NCBI GenBank assembly: GCA_024679065.1
Contig: JAGIQG010000023.1
Coordinates: 10,044,001-10,108,000 of the forward strand
Length of the DNA stretch: 64,000 nucleotides
Reading direction: 5' to 3'
Source of the DNA: Sphyrna mokarran
Taxonomy: Eukaryota
How positions within the stretch are numbered: position 1 is the stretch's first letter; each line of letters begins with the position of its first letter. The notes below the pieces were generated by a model. That model did no database searches and had not been told where the DNA came from. It worked only from the letters and a program-made list of their open reading frames with translations. The position numbers and the translations under genes are program-made. Shown here piece by piece: positions 52,065 through 64,000 of the stretch.

Positions 52065-55000
52065 GTGAGTAAGGGACAAAACTGGATACCGAGATGATGA
52101 GTGTTAGATTAATTCTAGTGCATGGTTTATTCTGCAGAGATATTTAAACACTTGGAGACATGTAAGGGTGTAAAAACTCAGCAAAAATAAACTAATGGCA
52201 TTTTTGTGATATTTGTAGCTTGTTTGTTGATACTTTTTTACCACAGAAATATTTACCAGCAAATAGTAAACAGCATTATTGGTTATGACTATAAACTAAT
52301 CTATACAATTTTCTTATAATTATTAAAATGCAGAAGTAACATATTTCAGACCAGTAAAAGTTAACTTGTTAATGTAGTTTCATGCTCAATATATCCGGAG
52401 ATTGGAGAGTTTGATTCGTTCAATTGGTTGGAGTGCAATGCAGAATGATTCCAATGACAGGGGTTCAATCTTTGGACCAGCTATGGTAGTTTTTGGAAAT
52501 CTGCCTCCTCACCTTTCCCTGTTCCTGTGGAGAGATGCTCCTCACACTCTATGTAACCAATTGTCTCTCCCTAACATTGAGAGATGCCTGTGATCCATTG
52601 CAGAGTATTGCTCAATGAATTGAATCTTAAAACTGCAGAAATAACAAAGGCTCAAGGAAAATATTCCTCAAGTTTGCAATTGCTTCTATTAATAAAATTA
52701 CATCTGATGAAAGTTTTATCAATCTCTGTCAGTGACTCTGTTGCGCTGAAACCATACAGTGCACAAGGAGGCCATTCAGCCCTTTGTGCCTGCACCAAAG
52801 TGCGTGTTATCCATGGCTGAAATGCCATATATTTGCCTCATTAATTTTCTTAACTTATGCATCTTGGGACAATAAGAGGCAATTTAGCATGTTCAGCCTG
52901 ACCTGAATATCTTTGCAGTACGGGAGGAAGCTGGAGTACCCAGAGGAAACCCACACAGATACGGGGAGAAAATGCAAACTCCACACAGACAGACAGCCGA
53001 GGCTGGATTTGAACCCGGATCCATGGCGCAGTGAGGCAGCTGTGCTCCCCACTGTGTTAACGTGCCACCCAATCACTTGTACATGCTTCGTCTACTTTGT
53101 CTATCCATGGTGTAGTCATTTTCTTCTCATTTTTTGGCGTTTAACAAAGTAAATCTAAATTTTCATGCCAGCCCCATGTTAAACTGATATTATTATGCTG
53201 TCTACAATGGAATTTTTGATTCGTACTGCCACCTCTCCTCCTCAAGATGAACATTAGAAATAGGAGCAGGAGTTGGCCATTTGTCTCTTTGAGCTAGCTC
53301 CATCATTCAGCAACATCCTGACCGATCTCCAATCTCAATTTTATTTCCTGCACCATCCCCATATTCCTTGATTATGTTGTTGCCAAAAAATTGTATAAAT
53401 CTCTGTGTTTAATATCCTTCAAGACTGAACACCTAGAACTCTTTGGGGCAAAGAATTCCAAAGATTTGCTACAACTTGAGTGAATAAAAATCTCCTCATC
53501 ACATCCTTCGTATTTGTCATTTTATTGTGAGACTGTGATCCTGTGTTGCAGAATACCAACCCTGGTAGGGTGGTACATATATGCTCAAAATGTACCCTGT
53601 CAAGCTCCTTAAGAATTTGACACATTTCAATTCAATCACCTCTAATTCTTCCAACTGACAGGAAATATGCTTCTTATGGACTCAACCTGTTCCCATCCCA
53701 TCCCATTATCCCAGGAACCAGCCTTGAAAACCTTTGTTGTACTTTTTCCTGAGTAATGTGTCATTCCTGCTGCATTGACCTGTGGGGCAGACTAAGGCCC
53801 AGATTGCCGTCCCTGGGCCATGTTCACTGAGTCGGGGAAGGCAATAAAAAATGAGTTGGGATGGGTGACCCGGGAACAAATCCACAGGCTGCTCAGCCCG
53901 GAGGCGAGCTGGACACAAGGCCTGTTTCTGTGCCCCAGTGCCATGGTTAATAAATAAAATAATTTAAAGAGCCAAATTGTCACTCCGACCACTCACCAGA
54001 GTTGGTCTCAAAGGGTAACTTCCTTTTCCAGAAGGTACACCCTGGCTGTCCGTAAGTATCCACCAAATTCAGACCTTGTCTTCACTATTCTAATCTGCAC
54101 ATTCCAGATTCCACACACACTTCTCTTCAACCAAAATCCCACTTCACTTGAGGTAGATGATGAATTTAAAGCAATCCAGAGTTGAATGAATCATGTCTGT
54201 GTGAATGCCAGCCCGATTCCAGTCCCACTCCTAATCTTGGGGCTTTGGAATTCCAGACATCCCCGGGATTTTCTCCATGACAGGGGCCCTCCAAGCCTGG
54301 GTGTCAGATTAACCTTTTATCTGAAAGTCATCACTGAGCTGTGTGAACATGACTGGATGAGGAAAATCTGAGCCATCTCGTCCCTCAGTATTACACTGGA
54401 ATGTTCCTGTAGATTTTATACTCCAGTCTCTGGAGTGGGACCTGACCCTGCAATCCACCCATTCAGAGGCACCAGTGCAAAGCTTGAGTGACAAGTGACA
54501 CAATAACAATGGCCACCATACATTAACAAGAAATCATTGGCAGTGAAGTACTTTAGCACTGACAGCACGGCTTTATATTCATGTTTTCATTCAGCACAAA
54601 CTAGAAAGAGAATGATGAATACAGATATTGGAGAGTTCCCTCTGTACACAGTGGTAAATCTTATTAAAATGTTTTTCTCTGCATTAAGCAGTTATTTACT
54701 TGGTCAATTGCTGAAATGTTGTCTCCTCAGTTTCAGGTGCATTGTGGGCAGAAAAGAGAGTCACAGGAATTGTGGGAAGAGCGATCACAATAAATTGCTA
54801 TTATACTGAACAATACAAAGAAAATGTGAAATATTGGTGTCAGGGTTGGACTGACCTGTGCTCATATTTAGTGAGAACGGATGATCCAGATGGACGGCAA
54901 GGGAGCATATCAATCACAGATAATAAGACACAAGGAGTATTTGTTGTTAAGATGGAAAATCTTAACGCCGGAGATGCAGGATGGTATCGCTGTGGAATTA

Positions 55001-58000
55001 ATACACCTGGCATCGATCCAAAGTTTACTGTGGAGCTGCAAATATCTCACGGTGTGTTATTCTCAATGATTTTCTTTGTTACTGAAATATCTGATCCATG
55101 TTTTATCGGTGAGGAAACATTGACAGCTCTGATATCCCGAGGCTTTACAGCATTGACAGCTAGGGGGCAGAGATCTGGAAATCTGTGTGAAACAAACTCA
55201 ATTTGTGGCCTGTCCAACATTCTGATCAAAAACTTCAAACATTATCAGACTAACAATTCCTTTAACTATAGGATATTGTGAAAGACATTACCTGCAATAC
55301 TCAGACTATTTTTCTATCTCTGAAATGTATTAAATATCACACTGTCAGATTTTTACAGTCCAGGTCAGTCTAATAGTCAGACATTAACAAAGTGAAGTGA
55401 GCAGCCAGTCGGTAGTTAATTGTACCTTGTTGGTTTAGCAGTGAATGGTGGGGCTGTGGGCGTGGATGGGGGTGCACAGAGGGGTTAAAAACTCAGAAAT
55501 TGACAATATGTTGGGAAGTCAGTCAAACTTCCAACATCCGTATGTATCCGCAATGTGTCAGTTTGTGCTTCTTTCAAAGAAACCAGTGAAAATGTAGGGT
55601 GAAGCTGACAGATTAAAAGTTAACAAATTGGCAAATTTAACAATTAAATAATCCAATATGGCGGAAGCCCCTGAAAGGGATCAAAGAACAAAGAACAGGA
55701 CAGCACAGGAACAGGCCCTTCAGCCCTCCAAGCCTGCACCAATCGCATTTACCTATCTAGACGAAGTGCTTATATCCCTATCTTCCCTGTTTGTTCATAT
55801 GTCTGTCACGATAAGTCTGAAATGTGGCTAATGTATCTGCCTCAAAACTCACTAAGCAGTGTGTTTCAGATCCCCACCCACCATCTGTATAAAAACATTC
55901 CTCTGCACATTTCTACTGAAACTTTCCTCTCTGACCTTGAATGCTGGCCCCTTTGTAATTGTCATTTCTGCCCTGGGGAAAGCTTCCAACCGTTCACTTT
56001 ATCTATAACTTTCATAATTTTATAAATTTCGATCAGATCGCCCCTCAGTCTCCGTCTTTTTAGGGAAGAATAAACCCAGCTCATGCAAACTCTCCTCCTA
56101 TCTAATACTCTCCATACCAGGCAACATCCTGGTAAATCTTTTCTTCAATTTCTCCAATGCCTCCACGTCCTCCTGGTTGGGCGGTGACCAGAATTGAACA
56201 CAATATTCCAAATATTCCAAATGATCATAGAAAACACCATGGAAACTTTAAACACGTCAATCCGTGTGTGATCAAATCCCCCAGTGAGAGATCGGTTATC
56301 AGTTTCAGTCTACTAATCAGTCAGCGAGTGTAATTAGTAGAATCTACCTGCGGCTGATTGGGTTACTGAGCAAGGGCAGAAAACAGAGGCAATGGGGGAG
56401 GCTGAAGAAGTGACTGGGAAAGATGCCACAAAGGATTGGAACCTCACTGCTTATTTCTAAGTGGATTGTGTGAAAGGTTTAATATCAATATTTACAGGGT
56501 GTTGACTTTCACAACAGTGTTGGGAATGTGTATTTCTGGGTGACATTTTGGCGATTGTGTCTATCAGATCAGCATGGGTGGTTTTCAGGCTGTTTATATT
56601 TTGGGCCTCAGATGGGATCAATACCATCAAGAGCAGCAACTGCCTCCTCCACACAGACCCTGAGCTCCACAAGACAAAGGATTGAACAGAGACAAGCAGC
56701 TTGCTGACGGGCAATCCCACAACACAGGGAGTACACGTTTCCTGATCAGCTTCCGTGATGTGTTGGAATTCCAGTGTCTGAACAGGCTCATTTGACAACA
56801 ACCAGAACGCTTCTCCAATACAGAGTGATTGAGTCTGAAATGTGGTCAGCGGGTCCAAATCCCACTGGAGAGGCCCGCAGCGTAGTTCTGAATGGACCAC
56901 AGCACACACTCTGATCTGTCACTGCGGGTATTGGCGCATGCGCATTGACCCCCTCACCACTGGACTCCCGTTCACTGGCTATCCCGATTCCGCCTTCATC
57001 ACCACCATCCGACCACTGGCCTACCAGAGCTCTCCTGGGCCAACCCCAACCTCCTCCCTCCCAGACGGCCAACACTGTTCGCCGTCCCTTTTCCTTCTCC
57101 CGTCGATCCCAGTGCACAGTGAAAACCCCCCAACTCATTGAGCCCCCAATAGGTCCCACCCTCCAGTATGTCACCCCCCCACCCACCCCAGAACCACCCA
57201 CATTGGCACTAATGCCTGGTGGGAGGTTCACATACTTGTTTCTCATTCATATGGGGACACGTGCATCGCTGCCTGGATGGCATTTATTGCCCATCCCGAA
57301 ATGTTTACGAGGCCATTTCAGAGGACAGTTAAGAATTAACTGCATTGCTGTTGCTCTGGCATCTCATGTAGGCCAGACCAGGAAAGGATGGTAGATTGCA
57401 TCCCCTAGTAGGCATTAGTGAACCAGATGGGTTTTTCCAACACCGACAATCATTTCATGGTCATCAGTAAATTCTTCATTGAAATCAAATTCCATCACTT
57501 GCTGTGGAGGGATTCGAATCTGGGTCCCCAGAGCATTAATTGAGATTCTGGATTAATAGGTTAGCAATAACACCTCTGGGCCACCACTTCCCCATTTATA
57601 TATGCATATCTTTGGTTGTGGGAGGAAACATCTAGAGGAAAACCACGGAGACACAGGGAAAACATGCAAACTTCACATTGAACACACAGCCAATGCTGGA
57701 ATTGAATCCGGGTCCCTGGCGCTGTGATGTTGCAGTGCTAATCACTGTGCCACCGTGCCATACTGGATCCAATCTAATCCCACCATCTAGTTCTTATCCA
57801 GAGCCCTGTAAGTTACAGTATCTTAAGTTTAATCCATTTTCTTTAATGTGATCAGATTATCCCATTCTCTCACCCTTTACCACACTTCCAGGCAGTGAGC
57901 TCCGAACCTCAACATTCCCTGAGTGAAATAACACATTGCCCTAAATCTCTTCTAATCCATTTATCAATTAATTTAAATCTTTGTCTCCTGGTTCATGGCC

Positions 58001-61000
58001 TGATCTGGAGAGCTGCTTTATTCTTATGTAATAGTAGAGATTGTAGTTCAGGCTGCTTGGTGGCTGGAGAGATATGGAGAGCAAGATGTGAAATTGCAAC
58101 ATGACTGATGCTGAATGAGAGGTTGATGAGCTGAAATTCACAGTGTGTTTGATTTTTAATTGTTCACACAGTTTCTGAATGTTTGTTCCATTCGCACAGA
58201 ACCCATGTCTGTTCCTGAACTTAAATTTCTATCACTACCAAATGCCTCACGTTCTGGGGGCTCAGTGTCTGTCTCCTGTGAGTCTGTCCAGGGATCACTT
58301 CCCATTCAGTACACATGGTATGAAAGGACCCCGTCTGAAGATTCAAAGATCTCTGACACCAATAAACTGGATCTACGTTGTCAGTCCTTCGCACAGCGAC
58401 ATCATCAATATTACTGCACAGCCTCAAATAACCAGGGAGACAAATCCAGTGAAATGGTTAATGTGTCAGTGATCAATAGCTTAGGTGAAGATTGCAGTTA
58501 TGTGACAGAGTCCAACAGCATTGGTAAGTGATAGTGTCAACAAACAATGTATCATTGAAATATTTATTGGTGTTTGTCAAAAATGATAAAATTTACTCTG
58601 CTTTGTCCATCAGCCACTCGGAAAAAGTTACTGATTAAAATATTAGTTGAAAATAGCAGAATCATAAAATATTCCCCAAACATGTGTAAATATTGCAGTA
58701 ATCCCATTAAAATTAAGTAGAACTTGACTGATAAAATCTCCATTACCATTCCTGTTCCCATTTCTTGGAGATCAAATTGTGAAAAACAACCTTTAGCTAA
58801 TGTCTCTTGCTCTAGAGTGAATGGTAAGGATAGAGAGCTGAATAGTTGATGTGAAATGATCACATCTTAAGAGATCTCACTTACAAAATGAAAGAATGCC
58901 TCGCATTTATTTTCACTGTCACCTGACTTCTCAAAGCACTTTACAACCAATGAAATGCTTTTTGAAACACTGCCACTGTTGTGAGGCAGGAAACACAGCA
59001 GCCAATTTGCACAGAGCAAACTCAAAATAATGAACTGAGAACCTGTTTTTGATTGAGGGATAAATATCACTGGGTGATTTGGGATAATGCTCCTGCATAT
59101 CTTCAGGAGACTGAGTGCCACAGATCTTATACATCCATTGTTTCAAAGAATCCATAGAATCCTTCAGTTCAGAAAGAGGCTTTTTGGCCCATTGAGTCTC
59201 AGAATTCCATGTTCTAAACACAGAATCAAACTCTCAGAATTCCATGTTCTAAACACTGAATATTCAGTGTTAACATAAACACTAACTATAGTTTGGAATT
59301 AATGAGGATTTTAACCTGTTGAATGTTTAATATTCAAATATGTCAGTGTCAGAAGGGGCTCAGTAGGTAGCAGCCTGATTTCTGTAACCAATGGATTGTG
59401 AGTTCAAATTCTCCTTCCGAGAAAGGTATTGATATCACAGTACAGCACGGAGATTGTGTACTATTGTCTGCTGACCCATATATCCTTTGAGCTAAATATA
59501 CATGATTGTATGGTCCTCTTCCAGGCGGAATAGGCTTATTTCCCTGGTGTCTTAGAGACCCTCATATATTTAAGAATTATTTAGATATGCACTCATGATA
59601 CCAAGGCACACAAAGCTATGGACCACGTGCTGGAAAATGGGATTAGAATAGTTAGGTAGTTTGGCTTTGATTGGCACAGATGTGATGGGTGCTCTCTCCC
59701 TCACAGCACTGTGGATGTACCTACACCACAAGGACTGCAGCTGTTCAAGACGCATCTCATTATCATCATCTCAAGGGCAATTAGGGATGGACAATTAGGC
59801 TCCACTAAACAGTGACATCCACATGCCAAGAAGAAGTGCTCCCTCAACAAGGTTCTCTTTCAGGTCGAGTGTCACTCTTCAATGTGACTTTCTTGTTTAA
59901 TGATAATGAAAATGAGGCTGATCTGAATGTTGTTTTCTTGTTTCAGGTGAACATGAAAATTCTTCAACAGGATCGCCAACACATTCCTCAATTCCAAACT
60001 CCAAACTTGCTGAAAGGTACACTGTTTTTATTGTTAGTGTTTAAATGATATGGCTTCTGTGTGAGTAATTAAATCCTCTTTAACTACTTTGGTGCAAGGA
60101 TGGATATCATTGCTACTCTGTCAGTCACAGAGTAGCAATCATCGTTGGATTACTATTCCTTTTCACCCTCAACTCAGCTGCACATGTCTTGTCTGAACTT
60201 CTGAATCCAGATTCTCTAGGACTGTGGAGCGCACCATCCTTCAGCGAACTCCGTTGCAACTCTGTAGGACCACAGATGGATCGGGTGTAAGATGGATAGC
60301 GAGACAGATATATAGATGTATTGTTAGTTGGAGGCAAGTGTGGTAGGTGAGTGAGAAGACAGATGAGTGAGGTCATGAGTGAATTGGGTAGGGTGGCAGT
60401 TGGGCGAGATAGTAGTTTGATGAGGTGACAGGAGGGTAGGGTAGAAGTTGGGTGAGAAAGTAGGTTAATGAAGTGGTAGATGAATAGTGTGGTAATTGGG
60501 TCAGGATGGCAAGGGTAGCCTGCTTTGAAGGCTAATCAGATTCAGACATTGGGTAATCAAGTGGTGGGTGCAAAGGGTAGTTAGAGAGGATAATTGGGTT
60601 GGCTCAGGTTGTGGCATAGTCACAAAATCAGATGGGATATTTCTGGGTGTGGGGTAATAGTTGTGTCAGGGGGTTCATCAGAGAATTGGTGAGAATTCAG
60701 GGGGGTCAGGGTGATTAATCAGGGGTCAGATCTGTGGTTACCCAGGAATTAAACTTGATTCTTTCAGTCCAACATTTCCTGGGTAACAATCCAGTTAAGC
60801 CCCAATGAATTGTTTGAAGTGTTTGACTCTCACCTAGAGCTGAATGTTTTCACAGAGGGACCCAGTGAACAGCAGAATTGTCCAGTGCCCTTGGCAATTC
60901 CCATGGAGGTCATCATGTTGGGTCATGTACAGGGTCCTGACACATATCTTGGATCATATGTCCAGTCTTTGATGATCCAGGAGACTGGGCATCATTTTTC

Positions 61001-62718
61001 AATAGCTGTTAGATCAGGAACCTTGGCAGGGTGTTGTTGTGTTCGCTTCATAATAAAGGTGCGAATTTTAAAAAGGGTTGATTTGACGTGACGTCATTAG
61101 GGTGCGTGCTCAGGCTGCTGTGTTATTGTTAGTTTTCAACTTGATGCAGTGCAGAGAGCAGCTCTTCATTTAAATCAGTTGTGTGTTTGCTTGAATCTAC
61201 ATGTGCAAACCAAGTCTTTTCCTTTTCTGTTAAAACCCACAATCCCTAACATAGTTGGGGCATACAGAAACAGCAGAAATTATTGTCCAATGTAAACATG
61301 GAGGTTACAATAATGACAATGAGAAAATACCAACAAAACATTAACATGATGAAAAAGCTGCTGGAAATACACAGCAGGTCACTCCTTATCTATAGAGAAA
61401 GCAGACAAGGAGAATCCTGAAGAAATGACCAATATTGATCTGGTCAAAGATTGCTATTTCTAAGATTTTACTGTGTGCAAATTAGTTGCCATATCTCCCA
61501 TACAACAATAGTGGTGGCTGTTTAAAAGTACTCCCTAGATTGCAAAGCTCTTTAAACCATTCAAAGGTCATGAAAAGTGCTTTATAATTTCAAAACCTAC
61601 TTCCATAAACAAATGGCCAAGAATCAATTATAGCAGGAAACAAAGGATGATTGTTGATGGCTGTTTTTGTGACTGGAAGGCTGGTTCCAATGCTCAGTGC
61701 CATGTTCTCTGCTTTCTTTGGCACATATTAATGATTATATATAATACAATGAAAATTACCAATGCTGCAGGTAGTGAGGAGGATCGCTATCGACTGCAGA
61801 TAGATATCAATGGATGGTTCAGGTGGGCAGAAAAGTGTGAAATGGAATTCCACCTAGAAAAGTGTGAGGTGATACATTTGAGCAGGTCAAACAAAACAAA
61901 TGGTTAGACAATAAATGGGAGGATACTGCGGGATATAGAGGAAGTTAAAATCTTTGGAGTGAATGTCCACAGATCCTTGAAGGTAGCAGGACAGGTCGAT
62001 AAGGAGATTAAGAAGGCACATGGCAACCTTTCATTTATTAGTCAAGTTATGGAATATAAGGTAGAAAGATAATGCTGGAACTATTATTATTATAAGTTAG
62101 GCCACAACTTGAGTATCATGTTCAGTTCTAGTCACCTCACGACAGAAAGGATTATCAAAGTGGAGATTTATAAGGATGTTGCCAGGACAAAAAAAATTTG
62201 GTTAGCTGAGGTTGTTCTCCTTGGTTTAGGGGAGAATTGATTGAGATGCGTAGCATTGTAAGGGGCCCGGATAGAGTGGACGGGAAGGACTAGTTTTTTT
62301 AGCAGAGAGATCAGTGACTAGGGAGCATAAATTTAAAGAAATTAGTAGAAAGATTTGAGGAGAGATGAGGAAAAGTGTTTTCACCCAGAGGGCTGCAGTT
62401 TTCGAACAGGGTGGTAGAGGCAGAAACACTCAACTCATTTCAAAGATGTTTGGATAATCTGCAGGGCAATGGACAAAATGCTGGAGAATGGGACTACAGT
62501 GGCGGGGGGCAAGGGGGGGTTGATTTTTAGACACAACAGACATGATGGACCAAGTGGTCACGTTCTGCGCTGTAAATTTTCTATGATTGTAAAGTCCAGC
62601 ACTGCTCATTTCTATTTTCTGTGTCACAGTCTGGTTTATGTTGTACTCGGGAGACTGGGGGCCAATCTTGTGGCGTTTGCTATTTCTCTACTTTTGTACC
62701 GGAGGCGAATTGACAAGG
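52028..62718 (+). CDS. Gene B (spliced, 3'-incomplete): CD300/pIgR-like type I receptor, leader-V-C2-stalk-TM(Arg)
   Basis: Five exons, 841 nt open, phases 1,1,1,2,1; no cytoplasmic exon found in the window. Confidence 0.88.
54731..55051 (+). CDS. Gene B Ig V exon
   Basis: ctcag acceptor, G|gtgtgt donor, 321 nt; [11 protein letters not shown] and DAGWYRC motifs. Confidence 0.92.
58200..58523 (+). CDS. Gene B Ig C2 exon
   Basis: cacag acceptor, G|gtaagt donor, 324 nt. Confidence 0.92.
59947..60016 (+). CDS. Gene B Ser/Thr/Pro-rich stalk exon (GEHENSSTGSPTHSSIPNSKLAE)
   Basis: tttcag acceptor, AAG|gtac donor, 70 nt. Confidence 0.82.
61625..62585 (+). mobile_element. Old degenerate CR1 LINE
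   Basis: [25 protein letters not shown] motif. Confidence 0.8.
62630..62718 (+). CDS. Gene B transmembrane exon ([30 protein letters not shown])
   Basis: Pyrimidine tract + cacag, G|gtgagt donor; phase-2 start matches the stalk; hydrophobic run followed by RRR. Confidence 0.88.
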
Positions 62719-64000
62719 GTGAGTTTCTGTTTCTCCAGAATCGTTTTGTTATATTTCAATAATTTTCTGAAGTATATAAAGAGATTCTAATTTGCTGCAA
62801 TCAACAAAATCTCTGATTCTGGTACCCTGCACATTCTAATATAGTTGTGTTAAAGATGGCAGAATGTTGAAGTTGTTATGTTGCTCAGAAATAACAAATA
62901 ACCCTCTGTGAACTCTGGAGGGAGTGAAACTCAACATGGGTTTAAAATGATAGAGACCATAAGACTATCAGAAATAAGAACAGGAATGGGCCATTCAGCC
63001 CATCTGCTCCGCCATTTAATAGGATCACGTCGATCTGTTTATGACTAAGGATGGAAATGTTTTGGCCGTGTATGCCCCAAGATTGGAAATTCCCATCCCA
63101 GGTTAATGACCTTTTAAATGGTCCACCAAATTCTCTGTCTTGCCCACCATAATTCGCAATGTGAACAGGATGGGAAAATTTCGCCCCAAGTCATTTCTTT
63201 GCTTAGCTATGTGAGGGAAATCTTGCAATGATCTTTCAGTATGATAGCCTAGTTCTCAAACTCCCAAAAATCTATTCATGTCTGACATGAATGTACTGAA
63301 TGGTGAAACATTCACAACTCTCTGCAACAGAGAATTCCAAAGATACAGAAACTTCTGTAACTTCATCTCAATAAATGGGTCCATACTGTGCCCTGGGACT
63401 GTGACAGATTTAAGGCAGAGAAAGATAGATTCATAAGTGGTGAAGAGATCATAGGTTTTGGAGAAAAGGTGGGAGAATGGGCTTGAGGAGTTTATCAGGC
63501 ATGATTGAATGATGGAGCAGACTCAATAGGCTGAATGCACTAATTCTGCTCCCATATCATATGCTCTTATGGTCTTATGGATTCATGTTCTAGATTAGAA
63601 CATAGAACATAGAAAAACTAAAGCACAAACAGGCCCTTCAGGCAAAAGTTATGCTGAGCATATCCCTACATTACTAGGACTAGTTTTTACCCTCAATCCT
63701 ATTAAATCCCATGTACTTATCCAGATGTCTTTTAAAAGACCCTAACAAATTTACCCCCACCACCAGTCAGAGGAAATATTTCGTCCACATCTGCCCTGTA
63801 AAGTCAATTTATTTTTTTTTTTAATGAGATCATCTCACATCCGGCTGAACAGCAGAGAATATTGGCTTCCTATGGTCCCATTGGCCCTTTTTTGCACAAT
63901 CCTTCAGAGGCCATGAGACTGGGCCATAACCAATAGAATGCAAGTGCACAAGCCTATTGGGAACCGATTTGGAGCGAAGGCATGCAGTCCCCAGAGCTGG

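Larger units (their letters stand above)
3490..62990. repeat. Large inverted segmental duplication: arms ~3490-45205 and ~45665-62990
   Basis: Mirror ORF pairs (44638-44901/45970-46233, 42974/48709, 5328-5516/60810-61091, 8072-8296/58931-59221) and colinear reverse-complement matches of exons, introns and old TEs. Confidence 0.95.

Noticed and set aside
56457-57394. Cluster of 100-150 aa GC-rich ORFs (mirror at 33655-34316)
   Set aside because: Frames are not preserved between the two arms and there is no recognisable domain; likely a decayed intronic repeat
59197-59256. Small tandem duplications (also 28687-28757)
   Set aside because: Ordinary intronic slippage events
1043-62718. Assigning the gene symbol PIGR or CD300
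   Set aside because: The V-C2 architecture matches neither; orthology cannot be established without phylogeny and synteny

Overview
Vertebrate genomic DNA, most likely from a cartilaginous fish (shark), judging by HE1/V-type SINEs, Deu-domain SINE remnants, CR1/HER1 LINEs and Penelope-like hairpins. Almost the whole window is one large, imperfect inverted duplication: left arm ~3490-45205, spacer ~45210-45660, right arm ~45665-62990. It holds two head-to-head CD300/pIgR-like immunoglobulin-superfamily genes with identical leader peptides. Gene B (+; 52028 to beyond 62718) is leader-V-C2-stalk-TM, with an arginine in the TM segment. Gene A (-; 40647 to ~1043) carries a ~2.5-kb tandem array giving 20 alternating Ig exons, (V-C2)x10, all phase 1, open and with canonical splice sites. 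A's TM exon homolog is destroyed (acceptor AG>AC, 5-nt deletion, donor deleted), although an ITIM-bearing tail exon lies downstream. The simplest reading is a paired-receptor locus in which the inhibitory member became a ~2150-aa, probably secreted, 20-Ig-domain protein. Exon coordinates were read by eye from splice signals. Family names and identity levels are pattern recognition, not database results.
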